Under the pieces are notes generated by a model that saw only the letters and a list, made by a program, of their open reading frames with translations, was not told the origin of the DNA and did no database searches. A stretch of DNA of 64,000 nucleotides from Podarcis muralis (Eukaryota), in the NCBI RefSeq assembly GCF_964188315.1, contig NC_135669.1, forward strand, positions 4,464,001 to 4,528,000, given 5' to 3'. Made by a program: the position numbers and the translations under genes. How positions within the stretch are numbered: position 1 is the first letter of the stretch; the number at the start of each line of letters is the position of its first letter. Shown one piece after another: positions 24,746 to 38,252 of this stretch.

Positions 24746-25265
24746 GAACACCCAGATATTTGCTCCAGGAAACTGAAGGACAAAAGTAAGGAATCACCTA
24801 CACCAAATCTGTGGCTCTCCAGAAGCTGGTGGAACCCCAACACCAATCAGCCCAAGCCAGCATGGCCAATGGTCAGTGATGATGGAGGCTGTAGCCCACA
24901 AGTTTCTCATCACTCACCTAATCTGAGGGAAGTTGATTTTGCATGAATTGCATACATATGAATATATTCAGAGCCAGGCAGGGGCTGCAAGCAGTTGTAC
25001 CCAAGTCTTATTTTCCAGAATGCTCATGGTCAGGAAGTGGATCTGGAGGATAAAGGAAGTGGAAGCTGAAATATTACAAGCAAGGGTGTGTGTGTGGTAA
25101 GAGTCAATGGCAGGTCTTAGCATCTAGCTCAGGAGTGGGGAATCTGGAGTCCTCCAGTTATAATTGGACTACAAATCCCATCATCCCTAACCATTGGCTA
25201 TGTTGACAGAGACTGATAGGAATGGGAGTTCCATCAACATCTGGAGGTCACAGCCCCCCTCCATT

Positions 25266-25268
<3 letters not shown>

Positions 25269-25312
<44 letters not shown>
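25269..25312. repeat. (GT)n microsatellite
   Basis: Uninterrupted GT run adjacent to a palindromic hAT-type MITE at ~25130-25262. Confidence 0.97.
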
Positions 25313-25313
<1 letters not shown>

Positions 25314-26530
25314 CTTATCCAGAGGTTCTTTCCTGCTTCCCAGTGGTGGGGAGCTGCCCTTTGTGCTTTGAGTGGGTACAGAGGCCTGAGCACATAGAGA
25401 CCAGCCTCAGACTCTGAGATCTTCCCTTAAAAAGCAACAACCAAGGCTGTGCATATGTGTAATAAACAGCAAAACATGATAGAAAGCTGAGCTTGTCATT
25501 TCCACCCAGGATCATGGACAGAGCAGTTTCCAGAAAAGCACCTCCACTTGACGTGATTCCCCCCCCCCTTGATTCTTTTTTGTTCAATCCCCCCCCACCC
25601 TGCTTTTTTGCTCTCTACATCTGTACTTTATTCAATGAACACATCTGCATTCTTTCTTTCTGTTTTCAGCCAGAAACTCTATCCAGCCCTTATCACTGAC
25701 ACCTCTCTGCAGTTTCAAATTCCGACCTTGTGCCAAATCCCCATTTCCTGCTGCTTAATTTCCATTCATTTACTCTTGTTTTTGCTTCTACTGCCATTCC
25801 CAGCATGGGCCAGCTCCAGCCCAGCTTCTTCTAATTTTTTAAGGAAGGCTCCCTATTGAGTGCTATTGGAATCCGATCCTCTCTTCTGTGCCAATGGCAG
25901 CCCATTGTTTATACTACCTAACAACAGTTGCCAATATTACAGCTTTTTTCCTTCTCTTTGTTTCACTCTTTAAGTGTATATGCTAAGGCCCAAGAGGATG
26001 GCTCTCCACATATGGTGACCCATTAGGTCCAGCTTTATTATTACTTCTGCAGAATCTGAAGTAGCAGAAAGAGAGAGAGAGAGAGAGAAAGGGAGAGAGA
26101 GAGAGAAATAGAAAGCCTGAGACGTCTTATTTACACAGCTCTTGTTGATCTGGCCTCTATCCCTTCTCCTGGAATCAACAAAAAAACCCTTAAAAGTCTT
26201 TTTAGTGGCCCAATTAAAAAATCCACTGCATAAATAGGATTCCCACCCCCCACCCCACAAAACAACACACCAAGGCACATTAGAACTTACGTTATGTTGG
26301 TGCATAATGGTGGCTGAAGCAAGGATATTTCACCATTTCTAAGACAATGTTCAAACAATTTGCACTGTTGTAAATATTTTCCACCCCTCCCAGTTGATAC
26401 CTTGCCAGATCTATCCCATTAAATCAGGCTGTGATTCTTTACATATTTATCTGAGAGTAGGGGTGGGAAGAAATTCAATTTTCTTAGAATTTAATGAGAA
26501 TTACTTGACTAACACTTCTCAAACCAAATG

Positions 26531-26781
26531 CAGTCATACCTCTTGTTACGTTAGCTTCAGGTTATGTCTTTTCAGGTTGTATCCCGCGGAGTACCAGAAA
26601 GGGTTACTTCTGGGTTTTGCCACTTGCACATGCGCAGATGCGCAAAATGACGTCACGCGCAAGCACAGAAGTGGTGAATTGCAACTGGCACATGCGCACA
26701 TGCGCAGATGCAGGTTGCGTTCCTTTCAGGTTGTGAACGGGGCTCCAGAAGGGATCCCGTTCGCAACCAGAGGTACCACTG
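26531..26781. mobile_element. Tc1/mariner-type MITE nested in an AT-rich repeat
   Basis: Ends cagtcatacctcttgtt / caaccagaggtaccactg followed by TA; CpG-rich interior. Confidence 0.75.
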
Positions 26782-27169
26782 TATGCAAACTGAAACACAA
26801 TCTGCACATCTCTGAATTTTGCAATGCAGTTCTCCAACAATATATGTCCAAAAATCCATGTAGTAGGAGAATGTGTGTCTAGCAAAATGTCCATTAATAA
26901 ACATAGCATACAAAAATGCATTCCATTGATGAACATTCGTTGCAAAAATGTGTGTATCAGTAAAAAATGCATCTACCAAAATGCGTATTTTAGTAGAATG
27001 GTGCATGAGAATGCTTCAAAAATGTGGAGAACTAAATTGAAAACTGACACTGAAACTGACAGATTCATCCATCTCCCTACTGGAGAGTAACACTCATTGA
27101 ACATGGTTGAACATGTTGCGAAGTATGCATGCAGACAACTGGGTTGCATGAGACATAGGACAATAAATA

Positions 27170-27411
27170 CAGTGGTACCTCGAGTTACAGACACTTCAAG
27201 TTATAGACACTTCAGGTTACAGACTCCGTTAACCCAGAAATAGTACCTCGGGTTAAAAAATTTGCTTCAGTATGAGAACAGAAATCACACGGCGGCGGCA
27301 CGGCATCAGCAGGAGGCCCCATTAGCTAAAGTGGTACCTCAGGTTAAGAACAGTTTCAGGTTAAGAACGGACCTCCGGAACAAATTAAGTTCTTAACCCG
27401 AGGTACCACTA
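27170..27411. mobile_element. Tc1/mariner-type MITE (cagtggtacctc family)
   Basis: TIR cagtggtacctcgagtta / taacccgaggtaccact, TA flanks; near-identical family member at 35208-35449. Confidence 0.88.
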
Positions 27412-30400
27412 TATGTCTCCTTCAAGAGCAGGGGAAAGAAGACACTGTCCAACCAAAGGTTTTTCTCTAGACAGAGTTTAACCTGGTCGATCCCTGGAAC
27501 TGGAAGTAACATTAAATCCTAAATTAACCATTTAACTGGGCAACTCACACCTTGGCCAAGCTGTGGCAGGTTGTGATGGAGTGGCAGAATCATTGCTGCA
27601 TCGACAGCCCTGAGATTCATGCCAGCCAGGGTGGAAGGAAGAGTGCAAGCAAATCTGCTGTCAAGTGATAGCAGATAGGGAAACAGCAGATACCAGGCCA
27701 TTTTAGCCCAAGACCCCTCATTTGGGGGCTTTCCAAAAGTATATTTCCACCCACCTAATCTCTCGGTGAGTGGAACAGGGAACTCCGCGCCAGTGTAGTG
27801 ATGTTGGTGTCACTGTGCATGTGGGGGACAGAGCCCTGTGCAGTTGGGCAGGGGGACATCTCTGCCCAGTTCAACCTCCCTACCTCAGTCTGATGCAAAA
27901 GAGGTTTGGATTGCAAGTACAAGTCACAAACCATTAAAACACAAAAAATGACAAGCAAAGAATACACCAAATCAGCAGCGTAAAACTTATACAATAGAAC
28001 AGTTGTCTACAAAGCAAACATCTTTAAGAGGAAGGTTTTGACTAGTTTCTGGAAGACTGTTAAAGACGCGTCAAGGCATACCCTGGGAGGGACTTTCAGA
28101 GCCTGGGTGAGAACAAGGACAAGCCAGTTCCTTGGTCCCAACCAAGTGCATTTCAGGGGATGCTACCACACGTAGCAGGGGCTATGGTTTCAGGTTTAAG
28201 TGGAAGAAGACAGCCTTCAAATATGCCCATCCTAAACCATCTAGGACTTCTTCACCAGAACTTTGCATTGTGCCTAGAAATTTGCCTACTCTGAAGCAAG
28301 ATCCACCAAGTTAAGCATATTTAGCATATTTAGTGGGAACCCTCTGGCCAACAGGCCTAATGAAACCCATCAGGCCTCCTAATTTGGCCCTGAGGTTGTT
28401 TCCCCCTGGCCATAACCATCTGCTACTCACATGACATTGTAGAAAATCACCTGTGGGCAGGTAGATCCATGGATGCAAAGGAACAACCAGGAGCCTTAGA
28501 GTGTGCTCCGAATTGTTCTTTTGGAACACTGCTCACATTACATAACATCACAAAACTTACTGTTTTAATTTGGCACCAAATAAAAACACACTGCCAAGAT
28601 TCAGTCTAGCTAGGAACCTCTGATCAGAGTTCACAAGTGGATCTGTTGTCTGTTGAAAGCATTGTATGATGGGCAGTTTCACTGGAATTTCAAATCCATC
28701 TAGGTTTCTCAGGTAAGATGCACAATCAGGATAACCTAAGAAATACAGGATAATTTGCTGGTTCTCAAATTGTTCTCATATATAGAGAGAACATATATAT
28801 GGGGGTTTCATATCTCCCTCCATCCCACCCAACCCCGTGCTGCAACTCTTCCATGCTCCCATAATTTTATGGGGATTTGGTGGCAGACCTGAATCAGTCC
28901 ATGGGTCTGCTGCCGTCATGTCTAGTTTGGCCCTGTCATAGTGTTTTCTATCCATAATCCTCTATGGGAATCCTTTTCAATGCACTCCCAATGTTATGTT
29001 GGAAGTAGCCCAATATCAATATTCAATTTTAACCCCAGTTCTCTGGCCTACACTATTTTCTCACTCACTCTCCCTCCCCTCCTCCCCCGGCTGCAAATTC
29101 CACCCTCCTCCCTCTCCATGCAAAGTCCAAGAGGAAATTTCATCCCACAAAGTCCAAGTGATTTTTCCAGTGTGCTGAAGCAAATTCTCTCGTTCCTGGC
29201 TTACATAGCAATGATGTAACATTTCAATGTATCAAAAGGAAATGTACTTGCTTGTAAGATTTTATGACCCACTTGTGTTGTACGTTCTCCTGATAGTCTA
29301 TTTTATGGGTTTTTTATTTGCATTTGAAGATAATAATAATAGATAAGAGTAATAATAATGTGTTATGCACCTTTCCCTTCACAGCTTTTGTCTGTTTCTC
29401 AGTTTCTTATGGTCTTCCTGCATTCCTCATGGGCTACATCACTGCAGTCCTAAGCTTTTCCCTACAACCAGCCCAATAACATCACCAAACTGCTATTGAA
29501 CGCAGCAACTTATTTCACCTGCTGCTACAGTCCAAAGAGCAGTATTGACTAGGCCACAGATAGCTGACACAGTGGCCTTCAGATATTGTCTCCAGCGTTC
29601 GAAACTCCCATTGTTCTAGGAGCATTTTGCGACAGGGAATTTCATTACAGCGAGCAGTTGTAAGTGGAAGGAAAGGAGGACCTTTTTCTGCCTCTCCACT
29701 TTTAGCTACTCTCTGAAGACTGGAGAAGAGACCTAGACATTCCATTGCTGTGCCCATTACCTAGGTTTAAGGTGCCCTTTAGCTCCTAGCTTTCACATCT
29801 CAGTTTCTAACACTGATTGCCTCCCATCATCCTTGATTACCGGCGATGCCAGATGGGTCTGTTGGGCATTGTTGTCCAGAACATCTGGAGCTCCACCACA
29901 TTCACTACCTCTGGGCTAGGCAATGACATTGCTTTTCAGTGGTTTTGTACTGTTTTGCAGTTCTATACAATAGTCACCCTGGACAGTTTCAGAGAGAAAG
30001 GAGGGGCATAAATGTGCTAATAAATAAATGCACAGCTGTGAACTGGGACACCAAATTCAGAGTATGGGATGCTCCCTGGTAGACATACCTTGAGGCCTCA
30101 GGTTGCTGAGATAGCAACCTTTCACCAACCCACCCAGCTGCCTTCAGTCTTATCAGACCCAGGGCCCAGTTTAATCCTGATTGAACCATGAATACCATTT
30201 CAATTGTTTTCTCCATTTGTCTGCCTTTCTCTCTCTCTCGTTTTTGTTTTTTAAAAGAACACACGCACCCAAAGATAGTTGTGATGCTGATGCTGCTAGT
30301 TTAATCCATTTTAGACTGGGTGGTAGGCCAATTTTATGTGCTTAAGCCACCAATACATAAAATAGGTGCATGGAAACTTCAGCCCTATGTCAGGTGTGGG

Positions 30401-33400
30401 GAGACTTTGGGTCTTCCAGATGTTGCTGAGCTACAACTTTCTGTTCTCCTGGCAGCCAAAATATAAATGGCACAGACAGAAGAACAAGACTAATGATGGA
30501 TGTCAAACCAGAACAATAGTTTGACGGTGTTATTTAAAAAAAAAAACTTCTACAAGATCCACGTTAAATTGATTTAAAGGCACAAATCAACATCAGATGT
30601 GAGTTGGTGTCTTACTGGAGACAAGCCAGCATCATTCAGCAGAAATTCACTGCAACAAGTTTCTGTCATTAACCAGAATCTGTATATCACCAAGACACTT
30701 CTCTCTCCTCTTCCTCCTCCATTTGAGTGATGTTAATGCATTCCATAGCCAAATTGGGGGGGGGGGGGGAGCATGCCATTAACAAGTAGCTGCACATGTC
30801 TGCTTGAAGCTCCTGTGACAAGGGGCCACATTCAAAGGTCCACATTCCTTTCTGGGTAATTTTCCAAGGGCCACATAACAGTGGTGGACAGAGCCTGGGC
30901 AAAAGTGGACAGTGCAATGAATATAACTTTTGGCTAATTTCCCCCAAACGCTCACTCTTCTCTACCCTCCCGCTTAGCAAGTCTTTTACGCCACATGGAT
31001 GAGCATCATTGTTTGCTCATAGCTGCAGCTCAAAGCGCTCTTAAAGGCACAGCAGCATGGGCCGGGGGGGGGGGGGAGCAGCTATCAGCCATCGTTTCTC
31101 TGGATAAGTCACAACTAGTATGCATGTCTGCCTTGTAGCATTCAGAGGAACAGAAGGGAATATGGGAGGAAGTGATAAAATAGAGAACAATTGTGACAGA
31201 GTAGCAATAGTTAAACTGCATAAGGGGGAAACACTCCTAGAGTGGTTTAATGACAAAGTTGCCTATTAGATTTGTCACTCTGATACCTTCTGGGATTTGG
31301 TAGGCCTTTCAGATCTATGTGTCCAGAAGCCAAACAAGATTAGAAGTTGGAGCACTGGAGATGTCTGATCAGATAAATAGATAGAAAGGTTATTTATTTT
31401 TAAAGCAGCATCGTGGGGCTTGTAATAAAAAAAATCTGGATATAAAATGATGTAACTTCTGTAGATAAAGCCAGAAATTTTTTTTGCTTAATGGACAAAT
31501 AGTTGCTTGTGGGTAGGGATAGACAGGTGAATTCATTTCCATTTGTTTCAGTTTTGGATGTATTTGGATTAATTTGTCGGCAGAGATAGAGAAATCTGTC
31601 AATTTCAGTTTCTCACTATTCCAGTTTAAACCAACTTCTCTATATTTGTGCAGCAATGTGCAATTTCTTTTTAAATCCTCAGAAAAATTCATCAGCATTT
31701 TTGTCCACAACTTTGACTAATAAATGCACTTTTGCAAGCAATTTTCCCTTAAAATAATGCAATTTTGTACGCTATTTTCACTAATATATGCATTTTTACA
31801 CACCCGTTTCCCCATGTACAATTTTGTACACCTTGTTTGGTGCAAAATGCAGAGATCTGTAACTTGTGAAAGATGGCTGCATTTCAGTTCATATATTGGG
31901 GGTCATTTAACTGGCCCACAAACCACCCCTGAACTGAGCCACCCTCTTGGTGAGTCCCACCGGAAATTGTGTCTGCACAGACACAGACGCTGGAAATGGT
32001 GGGTGCGCGTGCGTGCAATCCGGCCCACGGAGGGATCTCCGCTGGAGTGAACAGGCCCAGGTGAGGTAAACCTTGCCGACCCCTGCCTTACACTGAGTCA
32101 GACCTGGGGTCCATCTAGCTCTGTACCGTCTACACGGACTGGCAGCTTATTTCAGAGTTTCAGGCAGAGGTCTCTCCCAACCTTACCTGCAGATGCCAGG
32201 GATTGAACATGGGACATTCTGCATGCAAAACAGGTGTGCTACTACTGAGCTACATAGAAGGGTGTTTCTGAAAAATATTTGATCAACAGATAGACCTATG
32301 TTTTACGTAATATAATGCCTTCAAAAGCTTCTACCTTTGAATGTTATTTTTTGTCAAGGAGCTTCCATGCAAGCTCTAGTGAAATAGTTGTGCAAAAACA
32401 CCACCACATTTTCGTGCTGCTCTTGAACATGTCAATGGTGGTTGGGCAGGAGAACTGAGAGATGATGTCCCTGGATTCATATTTCCTTGTGATATCATGC
32501 TGTCTGCTATTTTGCCATCCCCCTGCCTCATGAGTGCCTCTGGTGCTGTGCACCAATAGCAACCTGTGCATTTCATACGGGCTTCTGATCTGCACCCCAA
32601 GACAAGGGAGGGGAGCTTCCCCTCTCCTCTGCCTCCTGCATATCTCCTCTACTGAAGCCTCAGGGAAGAAAACTGCTTTCAGTTCACTATAGCGTGCGCA
32701 AATGAAACACAAGCTACTTTTCCAGCTCACTGATATTTCATAAATACCATTTGTTGTCGTGTGGTTAAATTAAAAACTCAAGCTATCAAACATCAAACGG
32801 TATGTTAATGTCAAGTATGCTTGAATAAATACTAAAGAGTTCAACCAACTGAAGTGTGTGGACTACTTGCTAATTAGCAAGAGGCAGGTGTGGAAAAAAC
32901 TCTTAATTTAAGCAATTTTTATAATTAATAATGTTTACTTCTAGTATCCCTTATAATAAGGCTGCGGTTTTAACCTCTTGTGAATTGTTCACTGTAATCC
33001 AGCATTTAAAAAAATAATAATCCAACAGGGGCATTAAAAAAAATGAGATCAGTTTTCAGACCAAAATAATCTGCCATGTGTATATTCAGAAGAACTACTA
33101 TTTTGTAGCAGTTGGTTCAGTCACCCTTTGTTTAGTTCATCAATTAAAAACAAAGGGCAATCAACTTTAGCAGCCGTAATCTGCATTCCTTCTAACAGTC
33201 AGGAAGTAACAAATTATTATGACAAAGGCATTTGGTATAACAGCTTCAGAATTGAGCTTGATAAGTAGGTTTCTTAAAGTTCTCAAAGTGATATTGCATA
33301 TGTCACACTACAATAGAACAGTTTCATAAGTGATCAAGACTGTTCCAAGATTGCTGCTTCCCCTGCACTTTCATCCCAAACTATAGGTAGAAATAACACT

Positions 33401-34249
33401 ATTTTCTTTAGCTGCAGAATGATATCCAACATTGCTAGAAAGATCCACAACTTATTCGCCTGAGTTTTTTGTCCACCCTCTTTTTGTTCACCCTGTTCAC
33501 TGTCAATTCAGTTCACTGGCCAACCAAAAAGGTTTTAGCCACTTACATTAAAACAGTGTGACACACAGCATAACATAAGATGACAAGAAAATATAAAACA
33601 GATCAAGTATCAGTATATTATCAGAAACATTGGTATTACCACTACCAGCACACTCCTAATCTGAATAAAGAATTCACCAAGCAGTTTCTTCCATAGGAAG
33701 TCATAGGTAGAACAGTGAAATAATGAATGGTGGGTGTATTTTAAAAAATATTTTATTTGCATAAATGTGTATTTTAACCTGCTTTAAAGTTATCTTGAGG
33801 GCTGCTGGCTGACAAGCAGCTTTTAAATAACAGGAACAGAACACCTACAATTTCAGTCATACATTTTTTTTCCAATGTGGCCCTCCTAAAAAACCTGAGT
33901 GGACACAATTTGAAACTATTGCCATAAATGTCCAACAGAAAAATGTCACTTGCAGCCAATTTCGACATTCAAGTAATTGACCAGCCAATGCAGTGGTGGG
34001 ACGACAACTTCTGCCCTTAGAGCAATGCGTTGTGCATGGAACTTCTCTTGGAGATTCCTTCTAGTTGAACAGTTGTCCAAACTAGTTAAATCTTAGGATT
34101 GTATCCAATGCTATTCCTACTCAAGAATAGATGATTCACTGAAACCAATGAACTTGAGTCAAGCACGCACATTTACTCAATTGGGTCTACTCTGAGTAGG
34201 ACTAGCAAGGTATGATTGATGTCATTGCCAGGGCCGGCCCACCCATGAA

Positions 34250-34330
34250 TAGGGCTGCCATACTTTGAGCTTGTCTGAAAAAAGCTCAACAATTTCAGTG
34301 GTTTCCTGGTTTTGAAATATGGGAACCCTA
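34250..34330. mobile_element. 81-bp hAT MITE (tagggctgcca family)
   Basis: TIRs tagggctgccata / tatgggaacccta; perfect 8-bp TSD cccatgaa (34242-34249 and 34331-34338). Confidence 0.75.
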
Positions 34331-34342
34331 CCCATGAAGCAA

Positions 34343-34704
34343 GGGGACGCGGGTGGCGCTGTGGGTAAAAGCCTCAGTGCCTAGGACTTGCCGATCGAAA
34401 GGTCGGCGGTTTGAATCCCCGTGGCGGGGTGCGCTCCCGTTGCTCGGTCCCAGCGCCTGCCAACCTAGCAGTTCGAAAGCACCCCCAGGTGCAAGTAGAT
34501 AAATAGGGACCGCTTACTGGCGGGAAGGTAAACGGCGTCCCATGTGCTGCGCTGGCTCACCAGATGCAGCTTGTCACGCTGGCCACGTGACCCGGAAGTG
34601 TCTCTGGACAGCGCTGGCCCCCGGCCTCTTGAGTGAGATGAGCACGCAACCCCAGAGTCGGACACGACTGGCCCATACGGGCAGGGGTACCTTTACCTTT
34701 ACCT
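34343..34704 (+). mobile_element. Sauria SINE, full length
   Basis: ggggacgcgggtggcgctgtgggtaaaag head; (accttt)n tail; 16-bp TSD tacccatgaagcaagg (34329-34344 and 34705-34720). Confidence 0.95.
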
Positions 34705-35207
34705 TACCCATGAAGCAAGGTGAGATGACTGCTTTGGGTGGCAGGGTCCACCAGAGCAGCAGGTCCTGCTATTGATCTTTCGTCATCCTTTGCTCCTGAT
34801 GTAGATCATCCCTCACACCTTCTTCCTTGGTGGTGGTGGGGAGGACAGCATTTTGTGGTCTGTCTCCTGTACCAAATTGTCTTGGGCTTGCCCTAGTCAT
34901 TGTCAATTACTCCCTTTACTTCTTCTCAATTACTTATTTGTCATTTGAACAGCACCTAGCCCATTGTTGATGGTAAATTAATATTATATACAGGCAAATG
35001 TTATGAAGTACATGCAAGTTTCCCAGACCTGTGGTTGTCTCATAACACCGATGTTGAGTGAGGGTGAAATTTATGGAGGAGAACTGACAGGTGGCAAGTG
35101 GTGCTGAACCTGCACGACACATGTCATTTCTTCCCTGAAATGCTCCTCTGCTCATTTATTTCCTTCTTAGGTATATACATGGGACCACTGGCAATGGCAG
35201 TATAGTA

Positions 35208-35449
35208 CAGTGGTACCTCAGGTTACATACGCTTCAGGTTACATACGCTTCAGGTTACAGACTCCGCTAACCCAGAAATAGTGCTTCAGGTTAAGAACTT
35301 TGCTTCAGGGTGAGAACAGAAATTGTGCTCCAGCGGCGCGGTGGCAGCAGGAGGCCCCATTAGCTAAAGTGGTGCTTCAGGTTAAGAACAGTTTCAGGTT
35401 AAGAACGGACCTCCGGAACGAATTAAGTACTTAACCCGAGGTACCACTG
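35208..35449. mobile_element. Tc1/mariner-type MITE (cagtggtacctc family)
   Basis: TIR cagtggtacctcaggtta / taacccgaggtaccactg; TA TSD. Confidence 0.9.
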
Positions 35450-36809
35450 TATTTACATGTGAGAAATGGTGGCAACAGTGTGGCATTGTCAGTGTGGCAT
35501 TTACCTGAGAGAATGGGCAATAAGGTGTTTACATGGAAGGGTTGATGGCAGCTGAAAGGATCAAGTACACACCTGGTAGTGTAGTAAGTGTTTACACTGG
35601 AGAAATGGCAGTGGCAGGAAGGGTTTAAGTACACAACAGAAATTACAGAGGAAAATTGGCAGCAGAAGGGAGAGTTAAAAATACATTTGCCAGAGTAGCA
35701 GTTGCAAGGGAAAACTGATGGTGGCAGGAAGGGTTAAGCACATTTTTATTTTTATATTTTTGTTTTTGCAGTATAACATATAGTAGCTCCATCTTACACA
35801 GCAGTAGTATCATTTAGTTTTGCACTGATGCAAGCCAAGTCTGCATCCCTCATTCTCTGGGAACCAAAACAGCGATTGCACCCTTTACAAACTTCATTTC
35901 ATATGGGGGGGGGGGACCAAACAAACACATGCACACACAAAACCCAAATCCCCAACATTAAGATTTTGATTTGAGCTGTTTTGGCAGCACATCCAGAGCC
36001 AATCATCTAATCCAAGGCTGCACTGAATGTCGAACTTTCTTTCCAAGAAGCCAAATGGAAGGAGAGGAGAAGAAAATGGCTACAGATGTAAAAACAGACC
36101 TGGAATATTTCACTGACATGACATATCTACTGCATTTAATTAAATGAAGAATGTATGGGAACAATGCATCCTACTCAATCCAGGTCGAAGGAACAAAATA
36201 GGCCTGGATTAGATAGGACAAGTCAACCTCCCCCGAGAGAATTCCAAATTTAATGGGAGCTCCACATGTTTGATATGGAGGGAATAAAGTGGGTGTTCCT
36301 GGACACCGTCCACTATTCATCATAATACCACAGCCTTGTTCATTCCCAGTGAGGAAGCTTAAAACCATGAAACCATATGTGAAATATTAAAAATCATTTA
36401 ACGTTAAAATGAACATTATGAAACCATGTGCCCCATCTGAGGCTCAGGGCCAAAAGCCTTCAGTGCACTCTCCATTCATGGCTATCCTCACGGTGGGAAG
36501 ACTAAACAAGACGATACACAAATCTCAACACACACACAAATACAGCACCATTTTGGTGGCTATTTATGATATAATGCAGACGATACCGAATGCAGAAAAA
36601 TAAGAGAGAGAGCCTCCGGGGGCACAGAAGTATGTACACAGAGTCCAACGTGTTTTGCAGGTGAAATTCTTTTTATAGGTTATATCCTGATTCATTTTTC
36701 TTAAAGCACAACCAGCTTGAGTCTTAGAGGTGCAAAAGGTGTTGGGTTAGAGATCAAAGACACAAGTTATTTGCCCTGAAGAAGGATTAATATTCAAAAC
36801 CCATAATAT

Positions 36810-37203
36810 GAGAACTGTGGGAGACCCAGTGAAGCTGAATGCTGGGAAATTCAGGGAAGACAAAAGAAAAGTACTTCTTTGCACAACACATAGTCAAGCT
36901 ATGGAATTAGCTTCCATAACAGGTAATGGTGGCCACCAAGGTGAATGGCTTTAAAAGAGGATTAGAGAAATTCATGGACGATAAGGCTGTCAGTGGCTAC
37001 TAGCCATGGTGACTCTGTTCCACCTCCACTGTGGGTGGCTGTATGCCTTTGAATATCAGTTGCTGGGAACTGCAAGTGGGGAGAGTGCTGCTGTGCTCTG
37101 GTCCTGCTTTTAGGCTTTCCATTAGCATCTGGTTGGCAACCGTGAGAACCAACTGCTGGATCTTTGGTCTGATCCAGCAGGCTCTTCCTGTGCTCTTATG
37201 TTA
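36810..37203 (+). mobile_element. CR1 LINE 3' end and UTR
   Basis: KL..GKFREDKR, YFFAQHIVKLWN, GFKRGLEKFMD, then a UTR ending ggtctgatccagcaggctcttcctgtgctcttatg. Confidence 0.85.
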
Positions 37204-37994
37204 AAACTTCTTGAGCACAGTAAGCATACCTGGAGGCTTCTTCCATTATTATTTCCCTGATGCATCCAACTGATAAGGTTAACATTTCTGCTAGTCCACT
37301 AGTCCCTAATGCAATAGCCACATGTCACACTGGTATGGAAAGTCACTGGCTAGAGTACCAGACCAAGACCATTAAGATCCGGCTCCAGATGCAGCCACTA
37401 AGCTCCCTGGGAAATCTTGGGTCCGTCACCATCTCTCAGCTTAACCTCCCACACAGGTTTTCTGTGAGGCCCAAAGAGAGGGAGGAAGAACTATATACAA
37501 CATATTGCAATACTTCAAGTTTGGGTGTGATACAAAAGAACTGGAGATGGATGACAGCATCAAGAGAATCCTAGCTGGCCTTTCGACCTTTATAGCAGGA
37601 ATCAGAAACCTTTTCTTTTGGCCTGAGGTCTGCATTCTCTCATGTGCAAATTTCCAGCGACTGTGAGCCAGAGTGGCTGGGGCCAGAGGTTCAAGTGGGC
37701 AGGGTCACAGATAATAGTGGGTGGAGCAACATGTTTGTGGCAAATCTCAACTGCTTCTGATGCCCCGACACATTTCTCCATCCAGGTAAACAAGTTTTAC
37801 TTACAGACAAAGGCACCTGATGAAGACTAGTAGAGCAGTGCTATTGAGTTGCGCTGCTGGTGAGAGGTGTGACTTGGGGGGAGCTTCTGTGTGCAAAGCA
37901 CATGTTCTGTCATTTATCTATGGCCCTTCCCCATAAAGTCCAGCATCTAAAATTTCCTAACTGCACCACTACCAAGAGCAGCTTAAATTGTTTA

Positions 37995-38252
37995 CCGTAT
38001 TTTTTGCTCTATAAGACTCACTTTTCCCTCCTAAAAGGTAAGGGGAAATGTGTGTGCGTCTTATGGAGCGAATGCAGGCTGCGCAGCTATCCCAGAAGCC
38101 AGAACAGCAAGAGGGATTGCTGCTTTCACTGCACAGCGATCCCTCTTGCTGTTCTGGCTTCTGGGATTCAGAATATTTTTTTTCTTATTTTCCTCCTCCA
38201 AAAACTAGGTGCGTCTTATGGTCTGATGTGTCTTATTGAGTGAAAAATACAG
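37995..38252. mobile_element. Tigger/pogo-like (Tc1 superfamily) MITE with internal hairpin
   Basis: TIR ccgtatttttt / aaaaatacag with TA flanks; repeated gcgtcttatgg; internal 34-bp inverted repeat. Confidence 0.75.
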
